DNA of 64,000 bases, from positions 2,984-66,983 of the IMG/VR virus record IMGVR_UViG_3300039286_000350, one strand, 5' to 3'. Positions 1 through 6,394 of this stretch are shown here, piece after piece. Positions within the stretch are counted from its first letter, which is position 1; the number at the start of each line of letters is the position of its first letter. The position numbers were made by a program, and so were the translations under genes. The stretch is from a virus. The notes under the pieces are model-generated. The model searched no databases. It worked only from the letters and a program-made list of their open reading frames with translations, and was not told the origin of the DNA.

Positions 1-210
1 CCGGCCAGAGATCTGCTGAACATGAACCCCATGGGAAACAGCAGACCTGTGCAACAGGATGGTAGGGCAACTCAGGAACTCCTACCTTAGTTCCGTCCTT
101 CCCTCTAACGCCCGGACTGCGTTTCTCCCACGTCGAGTTGACATGTTACAAGGGAACAACGACCTGAATTGACTCTTCGCCCGATCCGTCGTCCGGTCGG
201 CATCGGGCTA

Positions 211-284
211 GGAGCACCGAAAGGGAATTGAACCCTCATCTGATGGTTGGAAGCCACCTGCACTATCCATTGTGCTACCGGTGC
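211..284 (-). tRNA. tRNA-Gly(TCC)
   Basis: Cloverleaf; anticodon arm GGTGG-CT TCC AA-CCATC; T loop TTCAATT. Confidence 0.92.
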
Positions 285-456
285 ATGAAGTTTGGAGACC
301 TCTACTGGATCCTTCGGTTTCTCCAACGGTGCCCAGGGTCGAGGAAGAACTCACTGAGTCGGGGAGGAGAGGGACCCAGTAAGCTGCTTGATCCAGCCCG
401 TTAGAGTAATACCGATATGAGTCCCACAGTAGAAGATCTCGTTCAGGATCTTTTAG

Positions 457-531
457 AGCCTCCGGCAGGATTTGAACCCGCGGCCAGTGGGGTAGAAACC
501 CACCGCTCTATCCAGACTGAGCTACGGAGGC
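457..531 (-). tRNA. tRNA-Arg(TCT)
   Basis: GCCTCCG acceptor; GTGGG-TT TCT AC-CCCAC. Confidence 0.93.
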
Positions 532-600
532 AGGTGGAGAGCAGCCGTGTGGGCATCCCAGCTCAGCCACGACAGCCTCAATCCAGGTCCCTACTCTCCA

Positions 601-674
601 GAGCCTCTGGGTGGATTCGAACCACCGACCATGACCTTCGGAAGGTCACACTCTGTCCACTGAGTTACAGAGGC
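601..674 (-). tRNA. tRNA-Arg(CCG)
   Basis: TGACC-TT CCG AA-GGTCA; GGTTCGAATCC. Confidence 0.93.
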
Positions 675-824
675 TTAATACGGGGCCGGGACCACGACGC
701 GGAGTGCCTGCCGTAAAGTCCCGGCTCCTACCCTAACCCCTTTCACTGCACTCCCTTATCCGGGGTGCGGTGCAGCTACTTGGTGACCCTCCGCAACACT
801 CCGCTTTAGCTCGGGTCCTGGGCA

Positions 825-899
825 GCACCTCCGGCTGGATTCGAACCAGCGACATCCGGTTTCGTAGACCGGCACTCTGTCCTGCTGAGTTACGGAGGT
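825..899 (-). tRNA. tRNA-Arg(ACG)
   Basis: CCGGT-CT ACG AA-ACCGG. Confidence 0.93.
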
Positions 900-903
900 A
901 AGT

Positions 904-1109
904 TCGTCTGGCAGATTACGGGTTCTTGACAGCGCACCCTAGTGGGTGATATCAAGTCAGGTTCTGATGTAACTGATCTGCTCCTCCACCATTCAGTGCG
1001 AAAGGAGCCATCCAATCGCAGGTGGTGTGCTTTGGCGAGTGGTCTGCAGACCACAGTGCCCGTAGAGCGGGTAAGGCTTTCCGCACCGGCCGCTTTACAC
1101 TACAGACGA
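904..1109 (-). ncRNA. Candidate structured ncRNA, unknown family
   Basis: Spacer closed by TCGTCTG/CAGACGA; internal hairpins; 16-bp palindrome GTGGTCTGCAGACCAC. Confidence 0.4.
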
Positions 1110-1110
1110 G

Positions 1111-1182
1111 CTGCTCCCCAGGGATTCGAACCCCGACCTTCATGGTCCAGAACCATGCGTCCTACCGTTAGACTAGAGAGCA
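1111..1182 (-). tRNA. tRNA-Gln(CTG)
   Basis: U1-A72; CATGG-TT CTG GA-CCATG. Confidence 0.93.
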
Positions 1183-1215
1183 ATGAAGGGACGTTGGATT
1201 AACCTACCAGGACAC

Positions 1216-1370
1216 GCAGTTAGCATACTAAGGTGGATCACACCGGTTCGGGTTCTTTGCGTCAAACAGGATAGCCCGGGCCTGACCGCCAGATTCACCT
1301 TTGATCCGCCGTTTCCGCATCGTGCGCCCGAAAGCGTGTTTTTGTACTCCGGCTGGGTTTCACCAACTGC
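1216..1370 (-). ncRNA. Candidate structured ncRNA, unknown family
   Basis: Terminal helix GCAGTTGG/CTAACTGC; internal AAGGTGAATC/GATCCACCTT; GAAA-capped hairpins. Confidence 0.45.
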
Positions 1371-1391
1371 CACTCCAGGGCAACGCCCCAG

Positions 1392-1466
1392 TAGCCCCTG
1401 CGGGATTTGAACCCACGCTTGACGGCTGAGAACCGCCTGTCCTAGGCCTGACTAGACGAAGGGGCC
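1392..1466 (-). tRNA. tRNA-Glu(CTC)
   Basis: GGCGG-TT CTC AG-CCGTC. Confidence 0.92.
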
Positions 1467-1585
1467 AAGTTGAAGGACAGCTAGCTTGGTGACATCGTGG
1501 TACAGTCGCCCACATTTCGCCTGATTCGGCGGTCACTTCAGCCCAGTCCACCCTGATCATGGGGCAGCCAGTTGTCGCTGTCCAG

Positions 1586-1659
1586 TGGTGCCTCTTGGGA
1601 TCGAACCAAGGACCTTCCCCTTATCAGAGGGATGCACACACCTGCCGTGCTCAGGCACC
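1586..1659 (-). tRNA. tRNA-Ile(GAT)
   Basis: TCCCT-CT GAT AA-GGGGA; acceptor GGTGCCT/AGGCACC. Confidence 0.9.
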
Positions 1660-1810
1660 AAATTCGGGTGAAGGCCACGTGATAGCTGGAATATAGCCAC
1701 CTTCACCCGGGGATTCCGTCTTTTTTGCTGGACACCTGCTAGATCTCACTACTCTACAGTAGCCACCAGGGCTTTTCTCGCAGGATTAAGCCGAGACCAC
1801 ATCCAGCAAA

Positions 1811-1883
1811 TGCTTCTCCCAGGATTCGAACCTGGACCGCGATCCTTTTCAGGGATCCGCTCTACCGTTGGAGCTAGAGAAGC
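1811..1883 (-). tRNA. tRNA-Phe(GAA)
   Basis: GATCC-CT GAA AA-GGATC. Confidence 0.93.
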
Positions 1884-2061
1884 AAGATGAAACCGCGAGG
1901 CCCACTCTAATGACATTTTCTGCACCGTCACAATGGACGAGCTTGCCTGAGTCAGCCATATTTGGGGCTCTGCCACTGGACTCCTCGAGGTAGCTACCCA
2001 GCGGGGCACTTTTGACCGTGAGCATTAGCCTAGGGCAGCACTCACGTCGTGGTCTCAGGGC

Positions 2062-2205
2062 TTATTTATGACTACCATCACGGATCTTATCCGCAACGAT
2101 GTCCAGCCCGACTGCATCGGCTACAGCAGCAGCTGCCTTAGCCGGGACGCCTTTGACGTTGATAATCGTCTTTCCGGACTCAGTTTTGAGAATTAGTGTG
2201 AACAT
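2062..2205 (-). CDS. Small hypothetical protein (47 aa, MFTLILKTESGKTIINVKGV...)
   Basis: ATG to TAA reading frame with purine-rich upstream sequence, inside the tRNA array; below the ORF-track cutoff. Confidence 0.55.
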   Translation of the reverse strand: MFTLILKTESGKTIINVKGVPAKAAAAVADAVGLDIVADKIRDGSHK

Positions 2206-2239
2206 GCTTCTTTATCGACCTCCGTCACAAGAAGCTTAG

Positions 2240-2312
2240 TGGAGAAGGACGGGATCGAACCGTCAACCTCCTGCTTGCAAGGCAGGTGCTCTTCCGATTG
2301 AGCTACTCCCCC
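2240..2312 (-). tRNA. tRNA-Ala(TGC)
   Basis: G3-U70; CCTGC-CT TGC AA-GCAGG. Confidence 0.94.
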
Positions 2313-2317
2313 ATTAA

Positions 2318-2381
2318 CCGGTGTTTTACCAATTAAACTACGATGCCGAAGCATCGACAGGACTTGAACCTGCATCTCCGG
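2318..2381 (-). ncRNA. Circularly permuted tRNA-like unit B (T arm before D arm; acceptor stem capped by UUCG)
   Basis: CCGG-AGAT-GCAGG TTCAAGT CCTGT-CGATGC TTCG GCATCG-TA-GTTT AATTGGTA AAAC-A-CCGG. Confidence 0.75.
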
Positions 2382-2384
2382 AGT

Positions 2385-2457
2385 TTCGGCGCTCTAGCCA
2401 GCTGAGCTACAGCAGCTACGTTGGCTGCTAGTGGGATTCGAACCCACGACCTCCGAA
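2385..2457 (-). ncRNA. Circularly permuted tRNA-like unit A
   Basis: TTCGG-AGGTC-GTGGG TTCGAAT CCCAC-TAGCAGC-[CAACGTA]-GCTGCTG-TA-GCTC AGCTGGCTA GAGC-G-CCGAA. Confidence 0.78.
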
Positions 2458-2467
2458 GTCGTTGAGG

Positions 2468-2556
2468 CGGAAGGCCGAGGAGTCGAACCCCCACCGGCGA
2501 TCGCCGGTGACCGGTTTTCAAGACCGGAGAGCAGACCAACCTGCTCTGGACCTTCC
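2468..2556 (-). tRNA. tRNA-Ser(TGA) with 8/4 acceptor/T-stem fold
   Basis: Acceptor GGAAGGTC/GGCCTTCC (8 bp); T stem GGGG/CCTC (4 bp); 6-bp D stem; long variable arm; loop CT TGA AA; G73. Confidence 0.85.
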
Positions 2557-2565
2557 GTGAAGTTT

Positions 2566-2644
2566 GTGGGAGTCGGGAATCGAACCCGAGCCACCCATTG
2601 CCTTATGCAAGGCGGGTATGCTACCAACGAACACCGCTTCCCAC
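2566..2644 (-). pseudogene. Aberrant tRNA-like element with expanded anticodon arm
   Basis: Good T arm TCGGG TTCGATT CCCGA and D arm; bulged acceptor; anticodon region CCCGCCTTGCATAAGGCAATGGG has no 7-nt loop. Confidence 0.55.
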
Positions 2645-2699
2645 GCCCGTACCACGTTGCAACGTGTCGCCCGCTAAGGCAGTTAGGGCTTTGGCCAAG

Positions 2700-2786
2700 C
2701 GGATGGAGTAGGATTCGAACCTACGGATCCAACAAAGGATCGGCGAGTTAGCAACCCGCTGCATTCGGCCTCTCTGCCATCCATCC
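2700..2786 (-). tRNA. tRNA-Ser(GCT)
   Basis: Canonical 7/5 fold, long variable arm; GCGGG-TT GCT AA-CTCGC. Confidence 0.93.
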
Positions 2787-2947
2787 GTGCACCTGCGTCC
2801 GTTCGGGCTCCGTGGGATATCCCTTGGTTCCTACTTGAGACGCAGGATCTACCTCATCAGCCTAGGGGTAAGGGTTCCCTAGGAGCATCCGTTCGCCGGG
2901 GCAGACTTACTATCTGCACTGATAAGAAGAGCTATCCTAGGTACTAG

Positions 2948-3032
2948 GCCCCCGCTCTACCATTGAGCTACACGCCGTGTAGGCGATCACCTTGGCCGGC
3001 GTGGCCGGGCTCGAACCGGCAACAGTCGAGGC
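2948..3032 (-). ncRNA. Circularly permuted tRNA-like unit C (Pro-type acceptor, encoded NCCA)
   Basis: GCCTC..GCCGG TTCGAGC CCGGC-CACGCCG-G-CCA-[15 nt]-CGGCGTG-TA-GCTC AATGGTA GAGC-G-GGGGC. Confidence 0.8.
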
Positions 3033-3084
3033 TGTTCCCCAGGATTTCAAGGAGGGCGTATCTAGAATCCGCCAGTCCCTAAAG

Positions 3085-3156
3085 CTGCACACCCAGGATT
3101 CGAACCTGGAACCGTCTCCTTAACAGGGAGCTGCACTGCCGTTGTGCTAGTGTGCA
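3085..3156 (-). tRNA. tRNA-Asn(GTT)
   Basis: U1-A72; loop CT GTT AA. Confidence 0.9.
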
Positions 3157-3278
3157 ATGTTCTGGGCACGGAGGAGGCCATTGGAGCCGCTGGCAAACGA
3201 GTCAGTACCTCTGTCCTAGCTGCATGAACGCATCACCAGCAGTGCCAACCTGTGGCCGTTCACTGGAGCCGCCCAGAG

Positions 3279-3362
3279 TGCCTTCAACAGGAGTCGAACC
3301 TGTACGCTCTTTCGAGCACTGGTCCCTCAGACCAGGGTGTCTACCAATTCCACCATGAAGGC
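3279..3362 (-). tRNA. tRNA-Leu(GAG)
   Basis: CTGGT-CT GAG GG-ACCAG; long variable arm. Confidence 0.93.
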
Positions 3363-3514
3363 AAATGTTTGCGTCAGTATTGTCCGTTTCTAGGTAGGCA
3401 ATACACTACGATCAAGATCGTCCACGCTCGGAGATGAGTTAATATCCCACCACCCCGCTTGTACGCGGATTTCACGGGTACCGAGTACGATTCTCAAACG
3501 CGTATCCGACGCAG

Positions 3515-3595
3515 TGTGGGATGATGGACTCGAACCACTCCCCGAAGGACCTGGTTTACAGCCAGGCTACAGGTTCCAACCTGCTTACATCCCAC
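3515..3595 (-). tRNA. tRNA-Tyr(GTA) with 8/4 fold and elongated D arm
   Basis: Acceptor GTGGGATG/CATCCCAC; T stem GTGG/CCAT; CCTGG-CT GTA AA-CCAGG; A73. Confidence 0.8.
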
Positions 3596-3718
3596 AAGTT
3601 TTCAGTGGACGCCCTTATGGTCGGGTCTGTTTGATGAAATGAACTTATCCCTTACCGCGACCACGCGAAGGGTCCACCGTTAAGAACTGGCCCAATCTAG
3701 GGAGGATCAGGGCCAGAG

Positions 3719-4106
3719 TGGAGGCGGTGGGAGTCGAACCCACGTGCACGGACCGGATTGCCATCAGAGTTCTAGCAGCTTGTCATCGTGGGATCAGAAC
3801 CAGGAGGGCTACGGTGACTACCCTCTCTGCCCTGGCTTACTACGCACAGGTGCACCACCCCGTTATTACGTCCGGGGGCAGACGTACATGTACCTCAATC
3901 GGTTCCCCACTTCTGTTGCCCCGTGTGAGGAGACGGCGCAGCAGCTGTTAGGCTACTGCGAGTGCGCCCGAGTTGGCGAAGGCCTCAGCCTCTGCCAGCC
4001 CGTCCGCAACGTATGCATCGCCTTGTATAGGCTTGAGCCTTTAGGTCTGCTCATACCGCTGCACTGATGGGTCTCCATTGACCATGTCGAAGCCAATTTC
4101 GCCCCC
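3719..4106 (-). ncRNA. ssrA: tmRNA; predicted tag (A)GDAYVADGLAEAEAFANSGALAVA at 3948-4022
   Basis: 5' GGGGGCGAAATTGGCTTCGAC; 3' GTGGGTTCGACTCCCACCGCCTCCA; G3-U70; internal reading frame ending LAVA-TAA. Confidence 0.93.
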
Positions 4107-4201
4107 ATGTTTACGGGTTACCCCTTCCCGTCCCTGGTGAGACTCACCTCGCCAGCAAAGCTGACGCCAGGCCCTCTAACCAATACGTGCTGCATGTACA
4201 G

Positions 4202-4275
4202 TCGGCGTGGTAGGATTCGAACCTACGATTACATGGTCCCAAACCATGGGTGTTACCAGGCTACACTACACGCCG
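4202..4275 (-). tRNA. tRNA-Pro(TGG)
   Basis: C1-G72; CATGG-TT TGG GA-CCATG. Confidence 0.93.
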
Positions 4276-4308
4276 AGAACGCCGGTTTTGCTCTCCCAGA
4301 TCCGGTAA

Positions 4309-4470
4309 CTGGGAACCACCCGGTCCGATTGTCGCGACCGCACAAACCAGGACACGAGGAGCTTGCTCCACGTGGCTTGTGGTTAATCAAGTGGTCGGGG
4401 CTAAGGAGGGCAGTATCCGGATGTCCGACCATGCTAGCCTTATTACCCCTCGCAATCAAAGCGATCCCAG
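4309..4470 (-). ncRNA. Candidate structured ncRNA, unknown family
   Basis: Closed by CTGGGATCGC/GTGGTTCCCAG; internal TGGTCGG/CCGACCA and other helices. Confidence 0.4.
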
Positions 4471-4501
4471 TGTACTACTGTATCATCTCACTGATCACTA
4501 G

Positions 4502-4574
4502 TACCCATCCAGGGACTCGAACCCCGAACCTACGGCTTGTAAAACCGTTGCTCTCCCAATTGAGCTAGACGGGC
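4502..4574 (-). tRNA. tRNA-Val(TAC)
   Basis: ACGGT-TT TAC AA-GCCGT. Confidence 0.92.
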
Positions 4575-4577
4575 AAG

Positions 4578-5150
4578 TTGTGTCGGGTAGTGGCCTCCGG
4601 TGCGGATCAGCACCCTATCTACCTCCGAGCAGTGGAGTAACCACCGGCCCGACACGTGCTGGCCTAGCCTGACCATAGCCAGCTCGATATGCCCTTCATC
4701 AGGAAGGTATGTGTTTTTGAGTGGTATCTCCACAGCCCAGCAGAATCTAGCTCCCTGGGCAATGCTGACCGGCGTAGATCGGCCTTCTTGCGAAGTTGGC
4801 CCGTGGTTTAACCTGCTTACCGAGCAGCAGGATCAGTCGTGGACGCCACAACGCCCCACTGACATGTCGCTTTTCAGGTCTCATGTGGTTACCTGCGGCT
4901 TTCACGGGTTGCTGCATGTCACCATGCATACTTTCGCCCGAGTCGACTACCGGCGGATCGAAGTGGTGGACGCCGCCTTCTGGCTGCGGATGGATAGTCC
5001 GCACCAGCCAGTCTTATTCTCCGCTGTGGGAATCCCTTCCCGCACGGTCTTGTCGCCACCCTCTAGCGTTATTCCCGTACTACCTGGTCGACCCTTAAAC
5101 GGGTTGAGAGGCCTCCGGGGACTACTATGGGCCGTGGCAAGCGCCCTGGT
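4578..5150 (-). ncRNA. Large structured ncRNA, probably ROOL-like
   Basis: ~570 nt between two tRNAs with many helices; motifs GAGAATAAG..GGTGCGGACTATCC..GAAAGTATGCATGGTGACATGCAGCAACCC..GAGAC..GTCCAC match my recollection of the ROOL consensus (not searched). Confidence 0.55.
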
Positions 5151-5154
5151 ACAG

Positions 5155-5241
5155 TGCCTCCGACAGGAATCGAACCTGTACACGCCTTTCGGCGCACTAG
5201 GGCCTAAGCCTAGCGTGTCTGCCTAATTCCACCACAGAGGC
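5155..5241 (-). tRNA. tRNA-Leu(TAG)
   Basis: CTAGG-CT TAG GC-CCTAG; long variable arm. Confidence 0.93.
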
Positions 5242-5381
5242 AAGGGATCATCGCTGCGGTTCTAACCCGCACCTTCTCCGTTCCCGGGCTGCTCTACATG
5301 AGCTTACGATGAGATCTTGGGAAGCCAATGTGCATTGACCTCCTCACCGAACCGTTTCCAGCACAGTTGTGTCGTTCGGTA

Positions 5382-5455
5382 TGCCTGTCCCTGGGATCGA
5401 ACCAGGACTGCCCGGATTTTAAGTCCGGTGCCTCTACCGATTGGGCTAGACAGGC
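5382..5455 (-). tRNA. tRNA-Leu(TAA), short variable arm
   Basis: CCGGA-CT TAA AA-TCCGG; variable region GCAGT; A73. Confidence 0.85.
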
Positions 5456-5459
5456 GAAG

Positions 5460-5765
5460 ATTCCAGGGTCTAGGACTTTCGCTGGGCAGCGTATCGCTCA
5501 TCGTTCAGCATGAGCCGAGCCACGGGAGGCCACCTGGTTGGCCAAGTGCACATGGGAGTAGTTCGTTCGGGCTACTGTTACCTCTGGGACGCTCCCCAGA
5601 CCCATGGCGAAGTTTTGAGTGGAAGGCCCTCTCCCTGGTCGCCGCCTCTACAGAGAGTCAACATCACCGATCCCTACGACCGGCTAGCACGGTATGGTTA
5701 CCGCTGATGAAGAGAGGTTGGTACCCTTCCATCCCCGGATTGAATATGTCTGGCTCCGGGAGGCC
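5460..5765 (-). ncRNA. Candidate ~300 nt multi-hairpin ncRNA
   Basis: Hairpins CTGGG/CCCAG, GTAG/CTAC, GGCCA/TGGCC, GCTCAT/ATGAGC; no convincing ORF. Confidence 0.4.
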
Positions 5766-5770
5766 AGTAG

Positions 5771-5857
5771 TGCCCAAAGTAGGAGTCGAACCTACACGCC
5801 CCTTTCGGGGACACCGGGTTTTGAGTCCGGCGCGTCTACCAGTTCCGCCATTCGGGC
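5771..5857 (-). tRNA. tRNA-Leu(CAA)
   Basis: Loop CT CAA AA; long variable arm. Confidence 0.92.
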
Positions 5858-5910
5858 TATTCAGTTGTTACTATTCTATCGGCCCCACTTCAGGTAACTT
5901 GAGTGGGAAG

Positions 5911-5983
5911 TGCTCCCGCCAGGGTTCGAACCTGGGACCGTCGGATTAAGAGTCCGCTACTCTACCAGCTGAGTTACGAGAGC
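5911..5983 (-). tRNA. tRNA-Lys(CTT)
   Basis: Loop CT CTT AA. Confidence 0.93.
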
Positions 5984-5993
5984 ATATGTGAAG

Positions 5994-6075
5994 AGGGCCA
6001 GCGGGATTCGAACCCGCTCCCGGTCACATCATGAACAGACCGGTTAGCCTACGGTTGGACGCCCAACCTGGACCC
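5994..6075 (-). pseudogene. Non-canonical tRNA-like element
   Basis: T arm GCGGG TTCGAAT CCCGC; bulged acceptor GGGTCCA/TGGCCC; hairpins GGTTGG/CCAACC and CCGGTC/GACCGG with a 12-nt loop. Confidence 0.5.
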
Positions 6076-6089
6076 ATGTAGTTTTTAGG

Positions 6090-6163
6090 AGCCGGATACA
6101 GGAATCGAACCCGCGGCCTTCGCTTTACAAGAGCGCTGCTCTACCAACGTGAGCTAATCCGGC
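6090..6163 (-). tRNA. tRNA-Thr(TGT)
   Basis: Loop CT TGT AA. Confidence 0.93.
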
Positions 6164-6175
6164 TTGTACCGAGCC

Positions 6176-6203
6176 AATAAAAAGGCTCCCTTCTTTGGGA
6201 GCC
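6176..6203 (-). terminator. Intrinsic terminator
   Basis: GGCTCCC AAAGAA GGGAGCC TTTTTATT. Confidence 0.75.
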
Positions 6204-6394
6204 CGGTCCAGCTACGTTGGGAAGGGCTCCCTAACTCGTCATTTGTCCTGGCTCCTGATCAAAGGACAGGACTCGACTAATCCTCGCCCAATTTGGCTTG
6301 GAGGCCGATTCCGTCTTATGACAATACAAGTGTTTCATGCTGTAAGTATCCGTACCTGAAACTCCAGGTCAGTTTAATTTGAAAAATAGAGGAT

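Noticed and set aside
2381-2416. Reading 2416-2350 as one ordinary tRNA (5' half of A plus 3' half of B)
   Set aside because: Acceptor strands GCTGCTG and CGATGCT do not pair and there is no anticodon arm; pairing works only in the permuted registers
2468-2556. Selenocysteine or opal-suppressor tRNA
   Set aside because: The anticodon is TGA (reads Ser UCA), not TCA; only the fold is Sec-like
5994-6075. Pyrrolysine or amber-suppressor tRNA and a recoded genome
   Set aside because: The CTA triplet is not in a proper 7-nt loop, and long ORFs read cleanly in the standard code
6330-6380. Hammerhead-like CTGA...GAAA pattern
   Set aside because: The core is CTGACC rather than CUGANGA, and the required three stems do not form
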